Shown here: positions 36,841 to 46,100 of the stretch, one piece after another
How positions within the stretch are numbered: position 1 is the first letter of the stretch
Layout of the letters: each line of letters opens with the position of its first letter
Assembly (NCBI GenBank): GCA_023954375.1
Contig: JAMLIC010000006.1
Span: forward strand, 146,972-210,971
Direction of reading: 5' to 3'
DNA: 64,000 bases
Source: Planctomycetota bacterium
GTDB taxonomy: Bacteria; Planctomycetota; J058
Program-made: the position numbers and the translations under genes
Notes under the pieces: generated by a model
Told to the model about the DNA's origin: nothing
What the model saw: the letters and a program-made list of their open reading frames with translations, nothing else
Database searches by the model: none

Positions 36841-38376
36841 GTGGGTCCCCTCGAGGTGCTCGTGACGTTCGAGCCGGTGGCGCTGCTCCGCTCGCTCTTC
36901 GACCGGTCGCCGGTCGGGATCGCCCTGACCGGCGGGCCGCGGCACGTGGTGCTCGGCGCCAACCTCGCCCTCGCGCGGGCGCTCGGCCGCCCGGCCCCCG
37001 CCGAGGGGGTGGTCGGCCTGGAGCTGCCGGCGTGCCTGCCGGCCGGGGCCGATCCCCTGCGGCGGACGCTCGACGAGGCGCTCGAGGGCGACCCGCGGCC
37101 GCGGCCGGTCGTCACCGAGCATCGCCTGGGTGGGGTGGGGCTGGTGGCGCTCCGCTGGTGCGTCTACCGGGCCGAGGCGCGCCCCGCGGACCTCGTGGTG
37201 AAGTGCTGGGACCTCACGGAGGAGGTGGGGCGCCGGCACCGCGACGAGGCGATCGCCCGGGAGCTGCGCGAGGCCAACGAGCGGCTGCGGGCCGAGACGC
37301 GCGCGCGCGAGGCGCTGGCCGAGGAGGCGGCCCGCCACGCGGCGCAGCTCGACGCCCTCCTCGAGGGGATGACCGAGGGGGTCGTGGTCGCCGACGCGGC
37401 CGGGCGCCTGGTGCTCGTCAACCGCGTCGCGCGCGAGGCGCTGGGCTGGGAGACGCGGACCCTCGACGACCTGCGCCGGGCGGACATGCGCGAGGTCGAC
37501 GGCACCCCGCTGCCCTTCGAGCGGTGGCCGCTCGTCCGGGCGATCCGCGGGGAGCGCTTCTCCGGGGTCGAGCTGGTCTACGTCTCGCCCCTGGGCGAGC
37601 AGCGCCGCGTCGTGTTCGCCGGGTGCGCCGTCGGCGCGTCCGAGCGGGAGCGCCTGGCCATGATCCTGGTGCGCGACGTGACCGACCTGCGGCGGCTCGA
37701 GGCCGAGCGCGACGAGGCGCTGGCGCTGATCTCGCACGACCTGCGCACGCCGATCGGCACGATCGCGCTGCGGGCGGAGGTCCTGCAGCGGACCCTGCTC
37801 GAGCGCGGCGAGGCCGAGCTCGCCCGCGCGGCGGGGCAGGTCCTGCAGGGCGCGCGGCGCATCGGCGCCATGGCGGACGCGCTCTCCGCGGCCTCGGACC
37901 CTCAGGCGGTGGCGCGGCTCGACCTGGCGCCCGTCGACCTCCTGTCGGTGGTCAGCGACGCGGTCGAGCACACGGTCCCCCCCGCGGCGCGCGCGCGGGT
38001 CGTCGTCGAGCGCCAGGACGAGCTCCCGCCGGTGAGGGTCGACCCCGAGCGGATCGAGCGGGCGGTCGCCAACATGGCTGCCAACGCGCTCAAGTATTCC
38101 CCGCCCGACGCGCCCGTGCGGGTGCGCCTTCGCCGGGTCGACGGCGAGGTGATCGTGTCCGTCGAGGACCGCGGCGTCGGGATCCCGCCCGACGAGCTGC
38201 CGCGGCTGTTCGAGAAGAGCTTCCGCGCCCGCACCGCCGGCGGGGTCGAGGGGCTGGGGCTGGGGCTCTACATCGTGCGCCGGATCGCCGAGGCGCACGG
38301 AGGGCGCGTGTGGGCCGAGAGCCGGGTCGGCCAGGGCAGCACGTTCCATCTGGCGCTCCCGGTGCAGCGCGCCTGA
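36841..38376 (+). CDS. PAS-domain sensor histidine kinase
   Basis: GTG start; H-box LISHDLRTPIG, N-box ANALKYSPPDA, G1 DRGVGIP, G2 GLGLGLYIVRRIAEAHGG. Confidence 0.85.
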   Translation: MGPLEVLVTFEPVALLRSLFDRSPVGIALTGGPRHVVLGANLALARALGRPAPAEGVVGLELPACLPAGADPLRRTLDEALEGDPRPRPVVTEHRLGGVGLVALRWCVYRAEARPADLVVKCWDLTEEVGRRHRDEAIARELREANERLRAETRAREALAEEAARHAAQLDALLEGMTEGVVVADAAGRLVLVNRVAREALGWETRTLDDLRRADMREVDGTPLPFERWPLVRAIRGERFSGVELVYVSPLGEQRRVVFAGCAVGASERERLAMILVRDVTDLRRLEAERDEALALISHDLRTPIGTIALRAEVLQRTLLERGEAELARAAGQVLQGARRIGAMADALSAASDPQAVARLDLAPVDLLSVVSDAVEHTVPPAARARVVVERQDELPPVRVDPERIERAVANMAANALKYSPPDAPVRVRLRRVDGEVIVSVEDRGVGIPPDELPRLFEKSFRARTAGGVEGLGLGLYIVRRIAEAHGGRVWAESRVGQGSTFHLALPVQRA

Positions 38377-38429
38377 TCGCCCGCGGCACGCCCGCTGCTC
38401 ACGCCCGCGCCGGGGGCGCGGAGGAGCAC

Positions 38430-39041
38430 GTGAAGGCGACCTGGTCCCTCGCGGCGGCGCTGAGCGCCGCCCTGCTGGCCTGCGGCGGCTGCAAGACCTC
38501 GCCGAGGAACGTCGTCCGCGACGGTCGCGCGCCGCCCGAGGCTGGGCTCAGGGTCGGGTCGCCGACCCGCGGCGAGGTGGCGCCCGCCGTGACCTCGGCC
38601 GTGTGCGTGATCTCGCCCACCCGGGGCAACGACTGCCGCGGGGTCGTCCGCTTCAGCCTCGTCGGCCCCGACGCGGTGCGCGTCACGGCCGAGGTGACGG
38701 GCCTCCGCCCGAACCAGGCCCACGGCTTCCACATCCACGAGTACGGCGACCTCCGCGCCCCCGACGCCACGAGCGCCGGCGGCCACTTCGACCCCCACGG
38801 CCGCCCGCACGGCGGCCCGCACGACGCGCAGCGCCACGCGGGCGACCTGGGCAACCTCGTCGCGGACGAGCACGGGGTGGCCCGCCTCGACCTGACCGTG
38901 TCGGGCCTGACCCTGGGCGAGGGGGGCGCGCTCGGCCGGGCCGTGATCGTCCACGCCGACCCCGACGACCTGCGCTCCCAGCCCACCGGCGGCGCCGGCG
39001 CGCGGATCGGGGCCGGGGTGATCGGGGTCGCCGCCCCGTGA
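38430..39041 (+). CDS. sodC: Cu/Zn superoxide dismutase, lipoprotein
   Basis: GTG start after GGAGGAG; lipobox LLACGGC; GFHIHEYGD, GGHFDPHG, RHAGDLGN, CGVIG-like C-terminus. Confidence 0.85.
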   Translation: MKATWSLAAALSAALLACGGCKTSPRNVVRDGRAPPEAGLRVGSPTRGEVAPAVTSAVCVISPTRGNDCRGVVRFSLVGPDAVRVTAEVTGLRPNQAHGFHIHEYGDLRAPDATSAGGHFDPHGRPHGGPHDAQRHAGDLGNLVADEHGVARLDLTVSGLTLGEGGALGRAVIVHADPDDLRSQPTGGAGARIGAGVIGVAAP

Positions 39042-39193
39042 GCGCGCGGGGACGTTCCAGGGCAGCGGGCGTGATGCCCCGCGGCCGCCGGCGCCCCGCG
39101 GCGTGGCGCCCTCGACGCTCGCTCTGGCCCGCAGCTTGCCTTGGAGCTCCGGCGTGCGTGAGCGGGGGTGGCCCCTCTTCAGGAGCGCCAGCG

Positions 39194-39634
39194 TTGACCC
39201 CTGAGACCTCCTCGCGGCCGCGGGCGAACGCCGGCGCGCGCCTCGTCGTCCTGGTGATCGAGGACCAGCCCGAGCTCTGCGACGTGCTCTGCCACGTCCT
39301 CACCGACGCCGACGTGCTCGCGGTGGGCGTCCGCGACGGGGCGGCCGCGCTCGAGTACCTCGAGCGCGAGCCGACGCCCGCCGCGCTCGTGCTCGACCTG
39401 CTCCTGCCCCGCGTCGACGGCTGGCAGGTGCTCGATCGCCTGCGGGCCGAGCCGCAGCTCGCGCCGGTGCCGGTGATCGTGATCTCCGCCGCGCCGCGCG
39501 AGCGCGTGGCGCAGGCCCTCGCGCACGGCCCGGCGCTGTTCCTCCCCAAGCCCCTCGACGCGGTGCGCCTCGTCCGGTCGGTGCGGCGCGTCTGCGGGCT
39601 CGACCCGGACGCGGCGCAGCAGCGCGCGGCCTGA
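39194..39634 (+). CDS. single-domain response regulator (receiver, CheY-like)
   Basis: LVVLVIEDQPELCDVL...LVLDLLLPRVDGWQVLDRLR...PVIVISA...FLPKPL; start uncertain (TTG 39194 after AGGAG; upstream in-frame region loses GC3 bias). Confidence 0.7.
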   Translation: MTPETSSRPRANAGARLVVLVIEDQPELCDVLCHVLTDADVLAVGVRDGAAALEYLEREPTPAALVLDLLLPRVDGWQVLDRLRAEPQLAPVPVIVISAAPRERVAQALAHGPALFLPKPLDAVRLVRSVRRVCGLDPDAAQQRAA

Positions 39635-39673
39635 CGCGCGCCGGCGGGCGCCCGACGGAGGGGTCGAGCCCGG

Positions 39674-39700
39674 CAGAGCGCTGGCCAGAGCGCTGGCCAG
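39674..39700. promoter_or_regulatory. tandem 12-mer CAGAGCGCTGGC x2(+) containing nested palindromes AGCGCT and CTGGCCAG; candidate regulator-binding site
   Basis: Direct reading in the 190-bp spacer between the receiver gene and the small ORF/hybrid kinase operon. Confidence 0.3.
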
Positions 39701-39826
39701 CCGGCTGCGCCAGGCCGCGCACGGGATGGGACACGGGCGTCCCCTCCCAGGGCGGCGCCCCTCGCAGGTGACGTGCGCGCGTCGCGGCCGGGAAGGTCGG
39801 CCGTTCGCTGACGTACGACCGGGCCC

Positions 39827-39985
39827 ATGAAGGTCGATCCGCCCCTCCTCACGCGGCACGTCTTCCGGCGCGCGCTCGTGCGCTCGGCCGCGCCCAGCCT
39901 CGCCGCCCTCACCGACACGCTCCGCGAGGTCGAAGGCGACTGGCGCCTCGCCGAGCGGCTGCGGGTCCACGAGGAGCCGTCATGA
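39827..39985 (+). CDS. small ORF (52 aa) translationally coupled (ATGA) to the hybrid histidine kinase
   Basis: MKVDPPLLTRHVFRRALVRSAAPSLAALTDTLREVEGDWRLAERLRVHEEPS; 49/52 codons end in G/C; its stop overlaps the ATG of the 39982 gene; below the ORF-track length cutoff. Confidence 0.45.
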   Translation: MKVDPPLLTRHVFRRALVRSAAPSLAALTDTLREVEGDWRLAERLRVHEEPS

Positions 39986-41109
39986 GCGGGCCCGCGCTCC
40001 TGCTCGTCGACGACGCCCCGGCCGACCGCGCGCTCGCGGCGCGCGAGCTGTCCCGCCACCTGCCCGGCGCCGACCTCCGCGAGGTGGGCGACCTCGAGGG
40101 CCTCGAGGCCGCCCTGCGCGGCCCGCCGCCCGACGCCGTGATCACCGACTACCGGCTGCGCTGGACCGACGGCCTCGCGGTCCTGCGGGCGGTCAAGGCC
40201 GCCTGGCCCGCGTGCCCGGTGGTCATGTTCACGGACAGCGGGAGCGAGGAGGTCGCCGTCGCCGCGCTCAAGGCGGGCGCCGACGACTACGTGGTGAAGA
40301 GCGCGCGGCCGGGGCTGGGGCTGGCCCGCGCGGTCGAGGCGGCGCTCGAGCGGGCGCGGGCGCGCGGCCGCGTCGCCGAGGACGAGCGGGAGCGCGCGCG
40401 GCTGGTCGAGGCCCTGCGCCGCGCGCTCGAGGCGAGGGACGCCTTCCTCCAGGCGGCCTCGCACGAGCTGCGCAACCCGCTCAACTCGCTCGTCCTGCAG
40501 CTCGAGGCGCTGGCGCGCCTGCCCGAGCTGCGCCGCTGCGAGGAGGCGCGGCGGCGCGTGGCGCGCGCGCGCACCTTCGTCGACGGGCTCGTGGCGATCA
40601 TCGAGGAGCTGATCGACATGGCCCAGCTCGGGGCGGGCGCCCTCGAGCTGAGCCCCGAGCCGCTCGACCTCGTGGCCGCGGCGCGCGACGCCGTGGGGGC
40701 GCTGGGCGAGGAGCTGGCGCGCCAGGGGTGCGAGGTGCGCCTCGACGCCCCGCCCGCGCTCCCTGGCCGCTGGGACCGGCGGCGGCTGGGGCAGGTGATC
40801 AAGAGCCTGCTCTCCAACGCGGTCAAGTTCGCCCCCGGGCGGCCGATCCTCGTGCGGCTGCGGGCCGCCGCGGGCGGGGCGACGATCGCGGTCGAGGACC
40901 AGGGGATCGGCGTCGCGCCGGCCGACCAGGAGCGGATCTTCGGCCGCTTCGAGCGGGCCGTCTCGGAGCGCCACCACGCGGGCTTCGGCCTCGGCCTGTG
41001 GATCGCGCGCGAGCTGGTGACGTCCATGGGCGGGCGGATCGAGCTCGCGAGCGTGCCCGGGCAGGGCTCCACCTTCACCGTGACCCTGCCGTCGGAGGGC
41101 GGCGCGTGA
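39982..41109 (+). CDS. hybrid histidine kinase (N-terminal receiver + HisKA + HATPase_c)
   Basis: Receiver LLLVDDAPADR...DAVITDYRLRWTDG...VVMFTDSGS; H-box ASHELRNPLNSL; N/G boxes SNAVKFAPG, DQGIGV, GFGLGLWIARELV. Confidence 0.85.
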   Translation: MSGPALLLVDDAPADRALAARELSRHLPGADLREVGDLEGLEAALRGPPPDAVITDYRLRWTDGLAVLRAVKAAWPACPVVMFTDSGSEEVAVAALKAGADDYVVKSARPGLGLARAVEAALERARARGRVAEDERERARLVEALRRALEARDAFLQAASHELRNPLNSLVLQLEALARLPELRRCEEARRRVARARTFVDGLVAIIEELIDMAQLGAGALELSPEPLDLVAAARDAVGALGEELARQGCEVRLDAPPALPGRWDRRRLGQVIKSLLSNAVKFAPGRPILVRLRAAAGGATIAVEDQGIGVAPADQERIFGRFERAVSERHHAGFGLGLWIARELVTSMGGRIELASVPGQGSTFTVTLPSEGGA

Positions 41110-41480
41110 GCGCGCGGCGGCCGCTGGTCCTGGTCGTCGACGATGACGAGGAGATGCGCACCACCCTCGTCGAGGTCCTGGCGCTCGAGGGGATCGACGC
41201 CGTGACCGCGCGCCACGGGGCCGAGGCCTTCGAGCGCCTGCGCGCGGGGCTGACCCCCGACGCGATCCTGCTCGACCTGATGATGCCCGTCATGAGCGGG
41301 TGGGAGTTCCGCGAGCAGCAGCGGCGGGACCCCGCGCTGGCCGCGATCCCGGTCATGGTCCTCTCGGCCAGCGCCGGCACGCCGCGGAGCGCCGCGCTGC
41401 TGGACGTCGCGGCCTTCCAGAGCAAGCCCCTGCGCGTCGAGGCGGTCGTGGACTGGATCCGCGGGCGGGCGGCGGGGTGA
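41106..41480 (+). CDS. single-domain response regulator (receiver)
   Basis: GTG start overlapping upstream stop (GTGA); LVLVVDDDEEMRTTL...ILLDLMMPVMSGWEF...PVMVLSA...QSKPL. Confidence 0.8.
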   Translation: MSARRPLVLVVDDDEEMRTTLVEVLALEGIDAVTARHGAEAFERLRAGLTPDAILLDLMMPVMSGWEFREQQRRDPALAAIPVMVLSASAGTPRSAALLDVAAFQSKPLRVEAVVDWIRGRAAG

Positions 41481-41511
41481 CGATGGATCGTCCGGGGGAG
41501 TGGAGGCGCGC

Positions 41512-42504
41512 ATGGTGCGGAGCGTGGAGGAGCGGCGGCGCGGGCGGGAGGAGGCGTCGCCCGACGAGCCCGGGCGCGGCCGCGAGGCCGAGCGCCCGAC
41601 GCAGATCCCGGCGCGGGGCTGGCGCGACGTCCTGCGGCGGGTGTGGCAGCAGACGACCCGCGACAACGTGGACCTCGTCGCCGCCGGGGTCGCCTTCTAC
41701 CTGCTGCTCTCGATCCCGCCCGCGCTGGGCGCGGTGATCTCGGTCTACGGCCTGGTCACGGACCCGGCGCGCGTGGCCGCGCAGCTCGAGGAGCTCAGCC
41801 GCGCGATCCCGGAGGGGGCCCAGGGCGTGATCGGCGACCAGCTCGACCAGCTCGCCGGGCGGCCGGGCGGCGCCCTCACGCTGGGCTTCGTGGTCTCGCT
41901 GGGGGTCGCGCTCTGGGCGACCATGCGGGCCACCAAGGCGCTCATGACCGCCTGCAACCTGGCCCACGAGGAGGCGGAGGCGCGCGGCTTCGTGCGCCGC
42001 AACGCCGTGGCGTTCCTCCTCACGCTCGGCCTCCTGGCGTTCCTCGTCGCGTCGCTGGTGCTGGTGGCGGTGGCGCCGGCGGTGCTCAACTTCATCGGGC
42101 TGGCCGGCGCCCTGCGGGTGACGATCGACGTCCTGCGCTGGCCGGTGCTGGCGCTGCTCGTGCTCGTGAGCCTCGCCTTCCTCTACCGCTACGCGCCCAA
42201 CCGGCGCTCGCCCAAGTGGCGCTGGGTCAGCTGGGGCTCGGGGGTGGCCACGGGGCTGTGGCTGCTCCTCTCGGCGGGGTTCTCCTTCTACGTGTCGAAC
42301 TTCGGCGGCTACGACGAGATGTACGGCTCGCTCGGCGCCGTGGTCGTCCTGCTCGTGTGGCTCTACCTCTCGGCCTACGTGATCATCCTCGGCGCGGAGC
42401 TCAACGCCGAGCTCGAGCATCAGACGGCCCGCGACACGACGCGCGGTCCGGACCGGCCCATGGGCCGGCGGGACGCGTACGTGGCCGACACCGTGGGGCG
42501 GTGA
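41512..42504 (+). CDS. YihY/BrkB family inner-membrane protein
   Basis: WRDVLRRVWQQTTRDNVDLVAAGVAFYLLLSIPPAL..., 6 TM, YGSLGAVVVLLVWLYLSAYVIILGAELNA; start trimmed to MVRSVEE. Confidence 0.8.
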   Translation: MVRSVEERRRGREEASPDEPGRGREAERPTQIPARGWRDVLRRVWQQTTRDNVDLVAAGVAFYLLLSIPPALGAVISVYGLVTDPARVAAQLEELSRAIPEGAQGVIGDQLDQLAGRPGGALTLGFVVSLGVALWATMRATKALMTACNLAHEEAEARGFVRRNAVAFLLTLGLLAFLVASLVLVAVAPAVLNFIGLAGALRVTIDVLRWPVLALLVLVSLAFLYRYAPNRRSPKWRWVSWGSGVATGLWLLLSAGFSFYVSNFGGYDEMYGSLGAVVVLLVWLYLSAYVIILGAELNAELEHQTARDTTRGPDRPMGRRDAYVADTVGR

Positions 42505-43155
42505 TCAGGGCGCGATGGCGATCGTCGGCGGCACGAACGCGCCGTCCGGGCGCAGCACGCGGTGGACGACCGCCCCGTGCCCGGCCTTCCAGGCGGCGGC
42601 GAGGTCGACCTGCCCGCCGGGCGCGACGTCGACCTCGACCGCGTGCGGCCGGCGGACGGCGCGCTCGACCCGCCCGCGCACGAACGACGTGTCGACCTCG
42701 CCCGGCGCGGCCTCCTCCCAGGCGCGCAGCGGCGCCGAGGCGCGCTCGAGCGCCGGGCGGGCCGCCTCGAGCGCGTCGGGCGTGAGCGCGACCTGGAGGA
42801 GCTGGTGCGCGCCCACGACGACGAGGTCGGGGCCGACGGCGACGAACTGGGCCGGCCCGTCCGGCTCGGGCGTGTAGGTGCCGGCGCGCGGGAGGAGGCC
42901 GTAGGCGCGCGCGGCGCCCGAGGGCGCCATGATCACCAGCGCGCGCGCCGGCGTGCGCGGGCGCGCGGCGCGCCAGCCGAGGTCCTCGGGCGACGCCCGG
43001 TTCAGCTCGACGTGCAGCCCGGGGGCCGCCTCGCGGACGCGCGCGGCCAGCGCCTCGGCCGCCTGCTCGAACGTGGGCACGCGCCGTCCCTCCTGGGCCC
43101 CCGCGCTCGCCGCGAGGACCAGGGCGACGACGACGAGCGGCGCGGCGACGCGCAT
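42505..43155 (-). CDS. hypothetical secreted protein
   Basis: Tail of track ORF 42505..47325 after the kinase stop: MRVAAPLVVVALVLAASAGAQEGRRVPTFEQAAEALAARV...; signal peptide; high GC3. Confidence 0.6.
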   Translation of the reverse strand: MRVAAPLVVVALVLAASAGAQEGRRVPTFEQAAEALAARVREAAPGLHVELNRASPEDLGWRAARPRTPARALVIMAPSGAARAYGLLPRAGTYTPEPDGPAQFVAVGPDLVVVGAHQLLQVALTPDALEAARPALERASAPLRAWEEAAPGEVDTSFVRGRVERAVRRPHAVEVDVAPGGQVDLAAAWKAGHGAVVHRVLRPDGAFVPPTIAIAP

Positions 43156-43181
43156 GGGGCACCTCCGGGGAGGATGGTACC

Positions 43182-46100
43182 TCACCGGGAGAGGTACTGC
43201 TTGAAGCGCGGCGCCTCGCGCACCGGCGCGAAGCAGGCGTCCTTCGCGAACGTGTAGCCGGCGACGTCGTAGAAGTCGGGGCGGCCGGAGGCCTCGAGCA
43301 GGCGCACCGCGAGGTCGGCGTCGCCGGCGCGGGCGGCGAGCCGCGCCTGCTGGAACACGGCGTAGGGCGCGCCGGGGTCGAGGGCCAGGGCCCGGCGCAG
43401 GAGCGGGGCGGCCTCGGCGGCCTCGTCCGCCTCGATCGCCGCGTCGGCGGCGAGCGCCAGGAGGGACGGGGAGCCGGGCGAGAGGTCGACCGCCCGCAGG
43501 GCCGCGTCGGCCGCGGCGAGCGCGTCGCCCGGGCGGGCGCCGGTCGAGTGGTGGCGCGCGAGCAGGTAGAGGGCCTCGGCGGCGAACAGCGCCGCGTCGT
43601 CGGGCCGCGCCGGGCGCTCCCGCGCGACCACGTCGAGGACCGTCTCGCCCTCGAGCGAGACCTCCACGTGGCCGAAGGCGTAGGTCCAGTAGGAGACGCG
43701 GTAGGCGGGCATGCCGCGCGCGACGAGCAGGTAGCGGCCGGCGGCGAGGACCGACTGGCCCGGGCGGGCGCTGTTGTTCTCGTACTGCGCCACCCTGAGC
43801 AGGTACTCGGCGTCGTGCTCGAGGTGGCGCCGCCACAGGTCCAGCGCGTCGCGCGCCTCGACGAGGCGCGTGTCGCCCGGGACCGCGGCGCGGCGCACGG
43901 CGGCCTCGTGGCGGCGCGCGGCCTCGGTCTCGGCGCGGGCGCGCTCGGCCGCGGCGACGGTCGCGTCGTCGCCGCGCGCGGCGGCCACCTGCGCCAGGGC
44001 GCGCAGGCTCGGCAGGTGGCGCGGCTCGGCCTCGAGCGCCGCGCGGAGCAGGTCGAGCGCCGCGTCGACCCGGCCCGCCTCGACGAGGGCGACGGCGGCG
44101 CGCAGGCGCTCGTCGGGGTCGAGGCCGGCGAGGAGGGGGAGGTCGGCGGCGTCGAGGTCGCCCGGGGCGCCGCCGGCGAGGCGCGCGCGCAGGTGGGCGC
44201 GGCGGACCTCGACGAGCTGCGGGTGGCCGCGGGCCAGGCGGTCCAGCGCGGGCGCGTCGCCGTCGAGGGCCGCCTGGTCCAGGCGCGCGGGGACGTGCTC
44301 GGGGTCGAGGGCGAGCAGGCGCGCGAGGAGGCGCGCGCGGCGGGCCGGGTCCCCCTGGGCGCGGCGGACCTCGACCCACAGGCGCTCGACGAGCGCGCGC
44401 CCGGGGTCGTCGTGCCGCGCGGAGGCCACCGGGACCGGGCAGGGTCGCGGGCGGAGGAGCGGGGCGCGGCGGAGCGTGAAGGCCGCGCGGTCGGCGGGCG
44501 CGGCGGCGTCGCCGCGGGCCTGGCGGAGCGCGAGCGCGCGCAGGAGGTCGTGCCGCGCGGGGTGGTCGTCGGGGAGCGCGGCGGCGGCGGCCTGCGCCTC
44601 GTCGGGGCGGCCGAGGGCCAGGAGCGCCTGCGCCGCGACCGCCCGCCCCTCGAGCGTCCGCGCGTCGACCGGCCCGAGGGCGGCGAGGGCCTCGGCCGCC
44701 TTGCCGGCGCGGAGGAGCGCCCAGGCGACGGCGGCCTCGCCCTCGGGGCCGGGCGCGAGGGCCTGCGCCGCCGCGGCCGCCTGGACGGCGGCCTCGGGGC
44801 GCCCGCGGGCGACCTCGAGGCGGGCGGCCCAGCGCGGCGGCGGCGCCGACGTGCGGGGTCGCGTTGCAGGCGGCGGCGGCGGCGGTCACGCGCCGCAGGG
44901 CCCGCGCCGCCTCCTCGTCGGGGCCGCCGAGGAGCCAGGCGGCGAGGGCGGCGTCGAGGCGCGCCGCGGCGTCGGCGTGCGCCCCGCGCAGGTCCTCGAG
45001 CGCCTGCGACGGCCGTCCGCGGCGCAGGTGGAGGCGGCCCCGCTCGGGCGCGCGCGTGGGGTCGATCCGCACGGCCTCGTCGAGGGCGGCGCGGGCGCCG
45101 TGCGGGTCGCCGCGGGCCTCGAGCGCCGCGGCGCGCGCGAGGTGCCATGGCGCCTCGCCGCCGGCCGGGTGCGCGGCGAGGAGCGCCAGCGCCTCGTCGG
45201 GGCGCCCGAGGCGGACCTCGCAGCGGGCGAGCGCGGCCACGAGCGCGGCGTCCCTCGCGCCCGCCTCGACCTGGCCGCGGAGCGCCTCGGCGGCCGCGGC
45301 GAGGTCGTCGGCCTCGAGCAGGGCGCGCGCGCGCAGGGCGGTGAGGGCCGCCGTCCGGGCCGGCCGGGCCTCGAGCGCCTGCGCGGCGAGGCGCGGCCGG
45401 TGGAGCGCCAGGAGCGTCTCGGCGGCCTGCGCCAGGAGGGGCTCGGCCGCCGCCGCGTCGGCGAGGTCGCGCGCCGCTCCCGCGGCGAGGACGGCCAGGC
45501 GGCAGGCCTCGGCGCCGGTGGCGGGGTCGGCGGCGAGCGCGCGGGCGAGGAGGACGAGCGACGTGGCGTCGGGCTCGAGGGCCAGACGCTCGCGGGCCAG
45601 GGCGCGGGCCAGGCCGGGGTCGCCGGCGAGGTGGGCGGCCGCGAGGGCCGCCAGCACCTCGACGCGGCGCGCCCGCGCGCCGGAGCTCTGGTAGCGCGCC
45701 TCGACCTCGGCGAGGAGCGCCGGCGGCCCCTCGCGCGCGCGGGCGACGTGGGCGGCGGCGACCCGGTGGGCCTCGGCCTCCTTCGTCAGCGCCTCGACGC
45801 TCCGCCCGGTGCGGGCGCGTCGCGCCTCGCCCAGCGCCGCGTCGAGCGCCGTGAGGGCGGCCTTCGCGGCCGCGGGGTCGGCGGTCGGCGGGCCGCGCCC
45901 GGCGGCAGCGGCGAGGCCCGCGCCCACGCCGGCGCCGCCGAGCACGGCGACCAGGAGCGCCGCGGCGAGGCGCCAGGCGCGGCGGCCGCGCGACCGCGGG
46001 CGGACGCGCGCGCGCCCGCCGGCGAGGTGCGCCTCGAGGGCCCGGGCGAAGGCGCGCGCGTCGGGCCGGTCGGCCGGGTCCTTCTCCAGGGCGGCGAGGG

